Assembly: GCA_051362555.1 (NCBI GenBank)
Contig: CM120649.1
Location: 10,044,001-10,108,000 of the forward strand
DNA length: 64,000 bases
DNA from: Lingula anatina
Taxonomy: Eukaryota; Animalia; Brachiopoda
Direction of reading: 5' to 3'
Shown: positions 1 through 13,444 of the stretch, piece after piece
Layout of the letters: each line of letters opens with the position of its first letter
How positions within the stretch are numbered: position 1 is the first letter of the stretch
Notes under the pieces: model-generated
Told to the model about the DNA's origin: nothing
The model's input: the letters and a program-made list of their open reading frames with translations, nothing else
Database searches by the model: none
Program-made: the position numbers and the translations under genes

Positions 1-1806
1 AGACCTTTGGACGGCTGGAATAATCTTCTCACTTCCCTATGAGCAAATGCTTTCCTTCTGGAAAAACCAACATAAGAAGTTATTTAACTTTTCAAGCTCA
101 TTTCGGCATTCATGTCAATAAAATATATCCGAGATTCATTACGACTGAAGTGGGATATGTAAACTTTTTGATAAAATATCGTCATTATAAAACGATCAGT
201 GTTGCCTTATAACATCTACATGTATACAGTACTTACAACAAACTACATCAGTGCCAAAATATCAGTCTACGCGTGGAAAGTGTGACAATGTGGCATGTGA
301 GGCTTCTTCCTCTTCCTATTGACCTTGGTCCTATCTGAATACCTCTCACCAAAATGCTCACCTGGTTACATAATATAGTATCACTGTCGTGGGATTGTGT
401 TAGAGAAGACACGATGCATTTTTCCCTAGTCTAAAAACGTTATCATCAGGTTATTGTACAAACAAGCCTTTTTGTTTTGTCCATAGACCTTCATCCCAAA
501 TGAATGAGGTTATTATTATTATTATTAACGAAGCCCAATTAAACCATGTTGTCGCCTATTGCTCTAGCACTGTAAATATCTAACACTAGAGTTGTGGTGA
601 ATAAGGTTTGTACATGTATATCTAACATTTTATTTTTATGCAGCAGTACATACGGACCCAAATGTGCTCCATAAGAAAAAAAAATAAATCTCATAAGAGT
701 TAGTTTACTGAGTTCTGCAAACGAGACCCGTTATGTGTTACATTGTTTTAAGATTAGTAGAACTACAAGGCCCAAAACTATAGACCTCATCAAACTTTGC
801 ACTCTGAACTTGATTGAGAATGATTATCAAAACGAAATGAATAGAATACCTAGGAGGCAGAATAATAGTGAGGAGTGGGGATAACCATGCAGAAAAAATA
901 ATAAATAAAAATAACGAAGGGGTGGGGGGTCCAAAACACCGAACCACACAACAAGGGGGCAAGGGTCACCTTCGCATCGGAGACCTGTCATTCTAAAAAA
1001 AATGGACCCACCTCTAAATAATCCTGGATCCGCCCCTAATTGTGACACCAGTGAAGTGTATCACCATGTTTGTGTATCAAACTGTATGGATACCAAGTTT
1101 ATATGCGGATTTCTCTTTTTTCATCATCCATTACAACATCCAGATATTTTTCTTTTTAAATAAATTTTATTACTTGAAGGTTCTCAGATAAAGCGCCTTC
1201 TCAAGTTCGCTATACCCGTTTTGTTAAAAGCCGCTACTAACGCGTTTTGGAAAGTGCTAACTTTTAGGGGATTTCTGTTTTTACCATAAATCTCCAAATC
1301 CCTTTTCAAATTAGAGCTTCATGATTTCAGCTTGTTTTTGCTTTGAATTGAAAGCGATTTCTTATATTTAATCCACCTACATGTATATGGATACACGTTT
1401 AAAAAGAGTCCTGTCATTCAATGACTTACACCAAAATTTCGTTATTTGCATTTTTACCTTTCTATATAAGGAGTTGTTCCAGTTTCTCCTCCAAATTCGT
1501 GGTTTGATATTTTAGAATGGAAACCCAAAAGTTGTTAACAGAAGTTCTCCAAAGAGTCTTTTCGGAAAAAAAAGTGTTTTTTTTCTTTTAAGATGCATTA
1601 CAAGCGAGAAAGTCGCTCTGTACATCCCGTGTAAGGCAGTTAATTTGTACACGCTTCCTCTTGTTTATAACGTACTTGTATAATGACCATATTTTCCGTT
1701 TTCTACTCAAAGCAAAGGGGGTGGTATGCTAGTCTCGCGCTCTAATTGCATTCAGTGAGCCCCCCCCCCCCCCCCCCATTTTGATCTACTGTATCTGGAC
1801 AGATAA

Positions 1807-1969
1807 AGCGCATTCAGAACAGCGGACTAACAGATCCACGGATCAAATATGGCTGACCCACTTGGATGCTTGTTGCATAATCCCCAGGGGCTCTGTTCAG
1901 TGTGTAAGCTTGTTAGTGGGTCGTCATATTTGATTTGCAGATCTGTTTGTTCTCTGTTCTGAATGTGCT
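1807..1969. mobile_element. Foldback MITE, copy 1 (PIF/Harbinger-like)
   Basis: Long imperfect TIRs AGCGCATTCAGAACAG...CTGTTCTGAATGTGCT; second copy at 2698-2857. Confidence 0.75.
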
Positions 1970-2697
1970 CTTATTTTCATTGGGATTGAGCTCTTAGACC
2001 TTAATATTCTTATGCACTCATATAAATAAAGCTACAACAACAAATAATAATAATAATAAGATTAATATTTATTCATAATTAAATGTTGGTTGATACACTT
2101 ATAATGTTGAAATGATTATTCTAAGAAAAAAAGGTGAAAGACATTTTCAAAATTTTAAGTAATAAAATCATATAATTACCTGAAATAATACAAGTATGAT
2201 AAATAATGACAATAACTGCATTGTAGACTTTCAATATAATTTTCAAAGACATAAAAACTGTATTTATAAACATTTGCACAGTGCTTTTTATTTACAATTG
2301 TGCATTAAAAATTTAAATTTATATGTACCTTGTAATATTTCATAAGTAAACAAAAGCCTGAAATTCACTGCAAAGAGACTGTAGTTTGCCACTTTTAAAA
2401 TGTTCTCTCTCTCTTATCACTGTATATCACGTCCACAGTGAGTTCAGTGATATCTATGAGACTGATACATATACAGACATATACAACCATGATCTCCACT
2501 GCACTGATGAACAGAATAGTCACATCATATTACCTGGTTGGGGTTATGTGCATAAATGAAATATCTTAAATATTACAGTAAGTGTAAATGTAACTCTCAA
2601 GTGGTGAAAAACTGGAAAAATTTTATATATCAAGTATTCTTCATCAGTTTTGTATACATACCCATTGTTAACTTAAGTTTTACCACCTACCCATGCC

Positions 2698-2857
2698 AGC
2701 GCATTCAGAACAGTGGACTAACAGATCCACGCATCAAATATGGCATAATCCCCACAGGGAATCCATTCAATGTCTAACCAGGAATTAAGTGGCAAGCTTG
2801 TTAGTGGGTTGCCATATTTGATCCATGGATCTGTTAGTTCACTGTTCTGAATGTGCT
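2698..2857. mobile_element. Foldback MITE, copy 2
   Basis: Same termini as 1807-1969 (GCGCATTCAGAACAGTGGACTAACAGATCCA / TGGATCTGTTAGTTCACTGTTCTGAATGTGC). Confidence 0.75.
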
Positions 2858-3529
2858 CAATGAGGCATGAGAGAGAAAATATAACAACAGCTATTAGAGT
2901 CTGAAGTTTTATAACTGCTTAATTTCTCTTTCTCATCTTTCTTTATCAATGCCTCTCTACAACTCCAACCCAGTTTCTCTTAAATTAAATTCTTTTAGGC
3001 CACCACAAGTCAAACCACTAATTGCTTTATCAGGTATTAGTTTATTACTACTTAAGGCAAACTCAATAAAAAACTTTGGACATTTAAGATGAGAAAATGC
3101 CTCGTCTTTTAATTCAATTTAAAAAGAAATAACAAAAAATTAAAATGTAAGCAACAAAAGTAAGTACTCATCTTTTTATAAAGACTACAATGAGATCATA
3201 ACAGTAGTGTACAAACTAGTATAAAAGCTTCAGTATACTTACTGCAAAATGTTCTTTTATTCTTTCTTCAAAGAAATAATAATAATAATAAAATGATATT
3301 CTGCATATTACTCACAAAAATTTACTGCAGACATCTTTTATACTTAATTATCTTTAGGCAAACCATAAGACGAACACTAACATAAGACTAGACAGCAAAG
3401 CTGGCTAAATATACAGACACAAAACAAGACAAGTTGCAACAATAGAGTTTAATAAATTTTTTTCTGTGACAGCACTGAATATATAAAATTAGCATACATA
3501 TTTGGAGATTTTTGTCAGGAAAAATAATG

Positions 3530-3915
3530 TAGAGACGGTGACTCTTGTTTAATAGCTAAGACTGGAAAGCGCACTTGCTCATTCATGATGCTTAAACATA
3601 TTCTGAAGTTGCAAAATTTGATATGAATTGAGGCATTTATTTTTTGTTCTTTATGTTTTCTTAAGAAGAAAAGTTTACAAACTGAGGAGCAGCAGTGTAA
3701 AACTGTCTTATACAAGAGCAAGGGAAATTGTTCTTGATGCTTTAAGTTCAATTGGTTTGAATAAGAAATTATTTGGTCTTCATAGATTAAGAACAGGAAC
3801 TATAGCTTCAATCTGCTAATGCAGGGACTAAAGATAGATTTAAAAAACATGGAAAATGGAGATCCTAGTACACAGAAGACGGACAGATACTGTTGAAGAG
3901 AGATTTCTTTAAACT
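3530..3915 (+). pseudogene. DIRS/Ngaro-type tyrosine recombinase C-terminal relic
   Basis: LSYTRAREIVLDALSSIGLNKKLFGLHRLRTG, then after frameshifts ANAGTKDR..KKHGKWRS; fits the HxLRxG...HGRWxS motifs of DIRS recombinases; contains stops. Confidence 0.75.
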
Positions 3916-4424
3916 TTGGGATTTATAATTTTTGTTTTTTAAACATTGCTTTTATTAGAACATAACAACTGTTATTCTACCTGTATATTTTTCGTATGAT
4001 ATATTTGACCTATTGATATGCCTCTTTGCAAATGACCATGAATAGTTTCATTCCCAAATGGTATAGCATTTTATTCACATACTCTGTTTAAGTACTATTA
4101 TTTTATTTTAAGGGTGTGACACCATAACAAAAATAATACATGTATTTGGACGTTGATAGGTCATTTAAATCTTGGTCTACATGTTGCTGTCTGTGAGTAC
4201 ACATGGTTATTGGAACAACCCATTAAATTAAATAAATAATAATGTTCAAATAGTTATAAGTGTCTGCACGTATGTGTTCCTGATGCTGTGTACATAGAAC
4301 TCCTAGTATTTCAACATGAACAAGAAGACGTATGTTATAATTGTGTACCTGTATTTTTGATAAAAAAAAATAAAAACATTTCAGGCCATTTAAATGTCTT
4401 TTCATGCAAGAATGTTGTCTCACA

Positions 4425-4815
4425 ACTGGGGTTGAAACAACATTGTTATCTGACTTTGATACAATTTTCAAATCCAATGTTAATCCTATATCTTGTCAAC
4501 GTTTAAGCTCAACAGTGTTTCAACGTTGAAACAACATAATTTCCAGCTGGGTGGGGTTGATACAACATTGTTATCTGACACTGATACAATTTTCAAATCC
4601 AATGTTAATCCTATATCTTGTCAACGTTTAAGCTCAACAGTGTTTCAATGTTGAAACAACATAATTTCCGGCTGAGTGGGGTTGATACAACATTGTTTTC
4701 TGACGTTGATACAACGTTGTTATCTGACAATGATCCAACTTTCAAATCCAACGTCTTGTCAACGTTGAAGTTATAAGTTGTTTCAATATTAAAAAGACAT
4801 AATTTGCCTGCTGGG
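4425..4815. repeat. About 125-bp tandem repeat x3, probably the body of a non-autonomous DNA element
   Basis: TGGGGTTGA(A/T)ACAACATTGTT(A/T)TCTGAC recurs at about 4427, 4552 and 4677; rich in GTTGAAACAAC/CAACGTTG; ends in GCTGGG. Confidence 0.75.
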
Positions 4816-4889
4816 CAGCTGCATCTCCATAGTCAGAAGGTTCAATGATTCAAAGATATGATAGTTATGTTCCAAATATTTGGCATACA

Positions 4890-5310
4890 TAAAGGTAGAT
4901 TCTTTTGGGGCCCACCTGACGGACAAGGTGTGACAAGAGGCAAGAAGGACCAATGCAACAATGGCTATAATACCAGGAGGATGCACTTCTAAGGCATAGA
5001 AGCTTGATGTCTGTCTCAACAAACCTTTCAAGGACCAACTACGAAAGCTATGTACTGACTTCATGAGGGGGGTGGTGGACAGGACTGACGAGAGACTTGG
5101 CTAAATCCTCACAGCATCGAAGGCCACGGTGGTGCAAGGGATTGTCACTGCATGGTCTGAGATGCCGGTGGAGATGGTGGCGAAGTCCTTCCATGTGACT
5201 GGCATTACCGGACAGACACAGACAGCCGGACCTGTAGACATCACAGACATATTTGACAGCGACGACAACAACAACGGTGAGGACTTTCTACGATTTCACA
5301 CAGCAGATTG
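4890..5310 (+). pseudogene. pogo/Tigger (DDE_1) transposase C-terminal relic
   Basis: DSFGAHLT...AIIPGGCTSKA*KLDVCLNKPFKDQLR...AWSEMPVEMVAKSFHVTGI; homologous to the C-terminus of the transposase at 54.5-56.9 kb. Confidence 0.85.
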
Positions 5311-6054
5311 ACTGGATGAACCCATGTGCTTAACAATGACACTATATTAAACTAAGATTTAAATGAGATAATATCATAATATAATATCTTATTATAAAAT
5401 CTAACAGACTAGCACCTTACGGCTCAAATGACATTTTGAAATGAGGTGCCTAGGCATTTAAGAGATGGAAGTTGCTTAAATTCAGAAATGTACAGGTAGT
5501 TAATGTGGTGAAGTAGCAATAGAGTGATTGAAACCTTGGCTTTATATGATATTTTGCAATAACACAATATTGACTAAAACATAGTTTTTATTGATTTCGT
5601 AACGTAACATGCCCTCCTTTGTCTATTGCTACCTCTTATCCTGGAACTTGTGAAAGCTAGATAAACCACAACAAAAACTAATGGAAACATTAGTTGCAAG
5701 CTTAAGTGCTTATCCATGAGAAAACCATCCCAAATGCAGAAAATGCGACAAGGTGGGGGTCAATGGATTTACACTTTATTTGGTGTGTTTGATTTATATG
5801 TATAAATTGATAATTTCTTTGTTATATTTTGATTAGCCCTGAGGATTGAACTTCCCATCTTCAAGTAGCAGTAGTGGTGAAAGCCCAAGTAGACCACCTT
5901 CAGAGTTGGAATCATCCTGGGTTCCTACCCCAGCTGTTAATGTTGACCTTTCTGCCTTAAGGATGTAATTAACAGTAAATGGCCAAAATGTGGGTGTTTT
6001 TCTGAATTTGTCAGTATTAGATAGATGAAATATCAACTACATATCCGTGTATCT

Positions 6055-6168
6055 TAAAATAATGGAAGTTTACAAATAAACCCGTAATTTTAGCTTAATT
6101 GCTGTTTTACCTAAAATAATGGAAGTTTACAAATAAACCCGTAATTTTAGCTTAATTGCTGTTTTACC
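6055..6168. repeat. About 57-bp direct tandem duplication
   Basis: TAAAATAATGGAAGTTTACAAATAAACCCGTAATTTTAGCTTAATTGCTGTTTTACC occurs twice back to back. Confidence 0.9.
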
Positions 6169-7005
6169 CCTGTGGTAGCGTGTCTGAGTTTTAAAGTAGG
6201 TCACACTTGTCCATATATGGGTTTGATTGGTACAAAGGTAGCTCCACTGTGCAGCTGTATATTTCCAGTACTAGATTGCTGCTATGCCTTTCACATTCTG
6301 TGAGTAACATCCTGCTTTCACTTGCAAAACAATACTTTTCATTTTGAATTTATCAGTGAACTTAATTCCGACGATCTACTAAAGCTCTAAAACACAGACA
6401 TATAGATGAGACGTATATGGGCAAAGGCACTTCCCCTAGGTGTCATTGTGGTGAAGAAGGCTGACGTCAAGACTAACGTGGTGGCTGCTGTCGATGCATG
6501 GAGGGGGCCTCTGGTTGAAAATGTTCAATAATAATGTTGAAAATGGATGAAAAACATAGTGACAGTTACATAGGCAGTGAGTAGAGGGCTGAACCAGTAT
6601 AAGTAACTAAATTTCTCAGCTTGCCAATGCAACTCAATGATTATATAAAGTTGGAATCTCCGGGGAGCACTAAAAGGCTGATTTCTCCACTTCAGTTTAT
6701 GGCTTCAAGAGACCGATTTAGACCAGTGTCAAATTAGAACTCTCAACTGATGAAAACTGGCATTCATTCGTAAAATCTAAGGTTTGCCTGAATATGTGTG
6801 TCTGGGATTTCATAACATCAGCTCTGTTTTCAACTTAGGCATGCTTTAGTTAGGCTAGGGGGTCTCGTTGAACTGGAAAACTGGTTTATTTTGATATCTT
6901 TGCCAATTCAACACATATCGCTCATTTGAGGCGCATTCTTGTTGATCCCAAAGAGGGCTCACGAGTCGAGCTATCTACACATGTCCATTTGAAGTGGACT
7001 TCTAG

Positions 7006-7468
7006 TTTTTATGTACAGACACAGATGTGTCTGTACATATAGCCATCACCTGCGTCTGTCGTCGCCGTGCACTTTTACCGATAACATGATAAGTGGAACA
7101 CCGTTTCACCTTTTGGTTTGAAACTTACAGAATTGATGAATATTCATAATACACAGGTCAAGTTCGAAAATCAGCATGATCTGGTCGTTTTTAGGGAAGT
7201 TATGCCTTTTTTTTCACTTTTTTCAGCATATATGCAGCACCGTTAACACGATAAGTGGGACACCGTTTTCTCTTTTGGTTTGAAACTTACAGAATTGATG
7301 AATATTCATATACGCAGGTCAAGTTCGAAAATCAGCATGATGGGGTCATTTTTAGGGAAGTTATGCTGTTTTTTTCACTTTTTTCAGCATATATACAGCA
7401 CCGATAACATGATAAATGAAAAACTATTTAGCCTTTTGGCTTGAAACTTGCAGAACTGATAAATATTC

Positions 7469-7525
<57 letters not shown>

Positions 7526-7590
7526 TGGCATGTGACAGCTGCATAGACTCCAGCTGTTGATGGTTTGTTTGATATAAGTATACTCTCATT
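7006..7590 (+). mobile_element. Helentron-type non-autonomous element (HINE, family B)
   Basis: T-run then palindromic head ATGTACAGACACAGATGTGTCTGTACAT, GTC-type spacer, internal core repeats (CAGGTCAAGTTCGAAAATCAGCATGAT) and a (TA)n tract; near-identical head at 31648. Confidence 0.7.
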
Positions 7591-8689
7591 AGGATTCCCC
7601 ATAGGGGAATACTATTGTTTTTGGTCTTATTATTATTATTATTATTATTATTATAGTTATTATTCTTTCCGCGCGTTTTTTTTCGCAAAAAATCTGAAAT
7701 AATTATTATAGGTAGCCTATGGCAAAAATATGCCACAGACCCAGTTTCAGTGACCTTGACCTACTTTTCAAGGTCACAGGGGCTTTTAAAGGCAAAATTT
7801 GTAAAATTTGAAATTGACATTAGGCCTTAAGTATAAGCCGTATGGCTATGGGCCTTATGGTCAGTGATACGAAGGTGAATCCACATATAATGACCTACTT
7901 TTATGCAAGTAGGTCAAGGTCGCTTATGGCCAAACGGGCTCAAAAAAGGTTTGTTTCCGAGATCTCAAAAACCGGAAAGCCCAGAGCCCCGATCATAGTG
8001 GCAAATGATGCCCTGTATATTTATCTAAGGTTAGCCATACTTTGGTAGCGACTGCCTTATTCCTTTTTTTAATATAGATTTTTAAATATTCATGACATTG
8101 CAGAAATCTTGAGTTTGGCAGTTTCTCCATGAAAAACTGGTTTTCGGTCATAGGATGCTATAGTAAACTACCCCAAACAAATACCCAAAACCCCCAAATC
8201 AAATGTCAAATTTGACCTTGACCCTAATTTTCAAGGTCATTCGGCTATTTCATGGAGAAATATTGAAGTGGGCTAAAAGTGATGTTTTGTTGACACCCCC
8301 CACCCCCCCCCCCCAATTCGCACATGCTCTTTCAGAATATGGGGTCATATTTAACCCGTGACCTTCACATGACCTTGTAAGAGCATTTCCACACTTATTT
8401 TGCAGGGGAATCCTCCGCCACTGGCTTTAGCCAGTTGCAGTCTCATTATTAGGATTCCCCATAGGGGAATACTATTGTTTTTGGTCTTATTATTATTATA
8501 GTTATTATTATTAAGATTCCCCATAGGGGAATACTATTGTTTTTGGTCTTATTATTATTAGGATTCCCCATAGGGGAATACTATTGTTTCTGGTAGTATT
8601 ATTAGGATTCCCCATAGGGGAATACTATTGTTTTTGGTAGTATTATTATTATTAGGATTCCCCATAGGGGAATACTATTGTTTTTGGTC

Positions 8690-8733
<44 letters not shown>

Positions 8734-10320
8734 GTTATTATTCTTTCCGCGCGTTTTTTTTCGCAAAAAATCTGAAATAATTATCATAGGTAGCTTATGG
8801 CAAGAATATGCCACAGACCCAGTTTCAGTGACCTTGACCTACTTTTCAAGGTCAGAGGGGCTTTTAAAGGCAAAATTTGTAAAATTTGAAATTGACATTA
8901 GGCCTTAAGTATAAGCCGTATGGCTATGGGCCTTATGGCCAGTAATACAGAGTTGAATCCACATATAATGACCTTCTTTTATGCAAGTAGGTCAAGGTCA
9001 AGGTCGCTTATGGCCAAACGGGCTCAAAAAAGGTTTGTTTCCGAGATCTCAAAAACCGGAAAGCCCAGAGCCCCGATCATAGTGGCATATGATGCCCTAT
9101 ATATTTATCTAAGGTTAGCCGTACTTTGGTAGCAACTGCCTAATTACTTTTTTAAATGTAGATTTTTAAATATTTATGACATTGCAGAAATCTTGAGTTT
9201 GGCAATTTCTTCATGAAACACTGGTTTTTGGTCATAGCATGCTATAGTAAACTACCCCAAACATATACCCAAAACCCCCAAATCAAATGTCAAATTTGAC
9301 CTTGACCCTCATTTTCAAGGTCATTTGGCTATTTCATGGAGAAATATTGAAGTGGGCTAAAAGTGATGTTTTGTTGACCCCCCCCCCCCCCAATTCGCAC
9401 ATGCTCTTTCAGAATATGGGATTAAATTTGACCCATGACCTTCACATGACCTTGTAAGAGCATTTCCACGCCTATTTTGCAGGGGAATCCTCCGCCACTG
9501 GCTTTAGCCAGTTGCAGTCTAGTTATTATTATTATTCTTTCGACGCGTTTTTTCTTGCAAAAAATCTGAAATAATTATCATAGGTAGCCTATGGCCAGAA
9601 TATGCCATAGACCTAGTTTCAGTGACCTTGACCTACTTTTCAAGGTCACAGGGGCTTTTAAAGGCAAAATTTGTAAAATTTGAAATTGACATTAGGCCTT
9701 AAGTATAAGCCGTATGGCTATGGGCCTTATAGTCAATTATACTGAGGTAAATCCACATGTAATGACCTACTTTTATGCAAGTAGGTCAAGGTCAAGGTCG
9801 ATAATGGCCAAACGGGCTCAAAAAAGGTTTGTTTCCGAGATCTCAAAAACAGGATGTCCCAGAGCCCAGATCATAGTGGCAAATGATGCCCTATATATTT
9901 ATCTAAGGTTAGCCGTACTTTGGTAGCGACTGCTTAATTACTTTTTTTAATATAGATTTTTAAATATTTATGACATTGCAGAAATCTTGAGTTTGGCAGT
10001 TTCTCCATGAAACACTGGTTTTTGGTCATAGCATGCTATAGTAAACTACCCCAAACATATACCCAAAACCCCCAAATCAAATGTCAAATTTGACCTTGAC
10101 CCTCATTTTCAAGGTCATTTGGCTATTTCATGGAGAAATATTGAAGTGGGCTAAAAGTGATGTTTTGTTGACCCCCCCCCCCCCCCCCAATTCGCACATG
10201 CTCTTTCAGAATATGGGGTCAAATTAAACCCATGACCTTCACATGACCTTGTAAGAGCATTTCCACACCTATTTTGCAGGGGAATCCTCTGCCACTGGCT
10301 TTAGCCAGTTGCAGTCTAGT
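7591..10320 (+). mobile_element. Three tandem copies of an about 0.8-kb Helentron-type non-autonomous element (HINE, family A)
   Basis: 5' subTIR AGGATTCCCC (7591, 8451); complementary 3' subTIR GGGGAATCCT (8405, 9482, 10279); 3' hairpin ACTGGCT-TT-AGCCAGT; terminal CTAGT (CTCATT in copy 1); (TTA)n after the head; TGACCTTGACC cores; no TSD. Confidence 0.85.
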
Positions 10321-10508
10321 TTTATTTGAAATTGAGTGTAGGTCAAATGTACTGATAATCATTAAGTTTTTCAAGTTACAGCAATTAAAAGAAAAAGGTG
10401 TTGCTGTAAACACATTTTATTTTATCTTCATGAGACTCCATAAATCCATCTTAAAGAGCATCCATGATGTTGCATCATTATTTACTCTGAATTATTCATA
10501 TTTTCAGA

Positions 10509-10860
10509 TACATTGTTTTGTGCATATTATTGAAAAATGCACCCAGAACTGGTACAGTGTTTTGTCTGTGTTAGAGTCCTCACTGCAACAACTGAAGCAG
10601 AAGATCCCCACATTGGAAGAGGTATTTATCAGATCCGACAATGCTGGCTGTTATCACTGTGCACCACTGTTGCTCTCTGTCCCCCAGCTTTCTAAAAGGA
10701 TTGGTGTGAAAATTGCTTGCTATGACTTCAGTGAGGCTTAGGCAGGGAAAGACATCTGTGACCATAAGATAGCACCCCTAAAATCACACATCAGGAGGTA
10801 TGTGAATGAAGGCCACAATGTCACAAATGCTGAGGAGATGCACAAGGCAATAGTGTCGAG
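10509..10860 (+). pseudogene. DNA transposase catalytic-core exon relic, Sola3-like
   Basis: After tttcag acceptor: HCFVHII...EVFIRSDNAGCYH...YDFSEA*AGKDICDHKIAPLKSHIRRYVNEGHNV with one in-frame stop; superfamily assigned from recalled motifs. Confidence 0.65.
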
Positions 10861-11156
10861 AGGACGCAGACTCCCTTTAGGAGAAACGGCAATTCAGGTC
10901 AGAAAATGGCAGAAATGGCAAATAAGGACACAGGTAAATCAGGACAGTTGTTAATAACTGGCGCAGCAGTAGAACATCAACAATACAAGAATTTGCACGG
11001 AGAGGGATTTTGCTTTTAAGTAAATAACCTTTTCTAGAACTTTATTCACTTTAGTATTAGTATCTTAATATGATACACCCAATATACATGTGTACCGATT
11101 TAAGTTAAGTTACTAAGCTTTGTGAATTTTAAGCAACAGTACATGGCATATGGGTA

Positions 11157-11277
11157 CCCTCTACCAGGGCGACAGATTGATTTTCCATCGATATTCACAG
11201 ATATTTCTATAGATAAATAGTCATATTGGCTCTCAGCAAAAAATGTCCACAATAATAACTGCGACCCTGGTAGAGGG
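11157..11277. mobile_element. 121-bp MITE with TA TSD
   Basis: TA|CCCTCTACCAGGG...CCCTGGTAGAGGG|TA; relatives at 39080-39209 and as the outer ends of 53094-58492. Confidence 0.8.
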
Positions 11278-11359
11278 TAGATATGAGTACGTACGGTACG
11301 TGGTTTTAAGTTCATGCCCATCACCCAATCAAATAGTATATAGAGCAACAACAAAAAAA

Positions 11360-13020
11360 GATGAGGTTCTTTGCCCCGAATATAATCTGCAGTGGATAAA
11401 TAGCAATTTTGTGGCTTTAGGTATAACACTTTATGCAAATTTGGAAAATATTAAAATATTGAAGACTTAAATTATTCGGATAGACTATTGGAAGTTGAAA
11501 AGGAAATAACATGTTGGAATAGTAACTCCTTTGGGAAAAATTACAGTAGTGAAAACCCTACTTTTATTCAAATTTACTTATTTCTTTCCTTGCCTAAACC
11601 AAAAGATGAAACAATTAAAAGATTGGAAGGCATGTTTTTTAAATTTATTTGGAACAATAAAAGAGATAGGATAGCTAGGAAGGTGCTTATTCAACCAATA
11701 GAATGTGGAGGCTGTCGAATGATTGACAAAGAAATGTTTATAAAAAGCTTAAAATTAACTTGGATAAGGAAATGACAAGAAATGAAACAGAATGGGTTAG
11801 ACTTATGATAGATACACAAAATATTAATATAAATCGACTTATTGATCGGGAAGACTTATATTTGGTTAGGTGTGTGGAAAACGTGACCAATTATTTCTGA
11901 AAAGAAATCGTTCTTTATCTTGCAGATTTTAAGAGATATCTCGAGTTCAGATACTTTGAAACATATTTTGTTTTGAAAAAGCCTATATGGAATAGTTCAG
12001 AGGTGATTGTGGATATCATAATAATGATGTTTATTTCAAGTCTTGGAATAACAGGGGTGTAAATATAGTAAATGACCTGTTTGAAAATAGTGGAAAACTG
12101 CATTCTTTTGAAACATTTAGTTCCCAGTATGACATTAAATGTCCGTTTACACTATTTCTCGGAGTTAAGACTGCAATTACACAACGGCCATAGCTAAGGG
12201 CAGAAAACGTCAAATTGGTGCTACCCTACAGACCTAAATTTATAGAAATAATCTGTAAAGAATCTAAGGGATCATGGTCAATATATGATATATTGATTAG
12301 TAATGCATATTGTAAACCGGCCTCTGAGGCTAAATGGAAGATGAAAATAGATACTGATGAAAATTTAGACTGGACCTTGATAAATAAAAATATATTCTAC
12401 TTTACGAAAGATACAACTTTAAGATGGTTTCAATATAGAATAGTACATAGAATCATTGCAACAAATGAAATTCTAAAAACAATTAAGGTTAAAGATAGCT
12501 CATTGTGTTCTTTCTGTGAAAAGGAAAATGAAAGCATTGAGCATTTGTTCTTTTATTGTGATTTGGTTCAACCGCTATGGGAAGATTTAAAAAAATTGAT
12601 AAATGAGAAATCACTCTTGAATATTAATTTTTCTTTAGCAGTATATTGTTTTTGAAAAACGATACAAAATGTGCAGCCATTAATAACATACTCATACTGG
12701 TAACGAAGTATTATATATATGGAAAAAGAATGAATGAATGAAAAAAAATTAGATTTTCAATGCCTACAAAATAAACTAAAAAATTATTTGAAATGGAAAA
12801 ATTCATGTATATAAGTAATGGGAAATATGTAGAATATACTGAATGATGGAATTTGTTAGGTAATGTGTTTCAGTGAACTCCTCACATTGTGTTTATTTCC
12901 CACTGTATATATGTTTATATATGTTTACGAAATGCTATATGATGATTGATATCACTGATATTATTGATAATATAAAAGATATTTTAAAAAAACAACGAAA
13001 AAAAGTTAAGTTAAAAAAAA
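11360..13020 (+). mobile_element. 5'-truncated, degraded Tx1/L1-clade LINE (ORF2 3' half)
   Basis: LFLSLPKP...FFKFIWNNKRDRIARKVL...GGCRMID...LKLTWI; RWFQYRIVHRIIATN...CSFCEKENESIEHLFFYC (zf-RVT type); stops and frameshifts; A-rich tail near 12985-13022. Confidence 0.9.
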
Positions 13021-13444
13021 AACCATCTTAGTATTGTTAATGTACACTGAACAAATAGAAGGTATTGACTTCGCACACACACTTCTCGCATACCGGTAAG
13101 AACTATCATTGGCCTCACTTTAACCCATGACGATACTGATGGTGTAGTAATGTGTTTGTTATAAAGCTGTGTTATGAACACAAATTATGTTTTGCTGCCA
13201 TTAATAATCGGTTTACTATTAACTATACCCAGGCCCTGAGAGATGAGTAATACAGTCTGGTCTATAGAAAGGAAACATTGATCAACACTGTCGAAGTTGC
13301 AATGAGTGGATTAGACGACACGGGCAAAAACAGTACCTGTATATGAAATAATTTTAATATTCACAATATTTTTAAATTGATAAAACATTATTGCTTTTTT
13401 AAATGTTATAAATGTCTATCATTTTCATCATTTTAAACTTTCAG

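Noticed and set aside
7842-9926. Three similar 68-70-aa ORFs (MAMGL...) as a small gene family
   Set aside because: They lie within the tandem HINE copies; similarity follows from DNA duplication and no domain is recognisable
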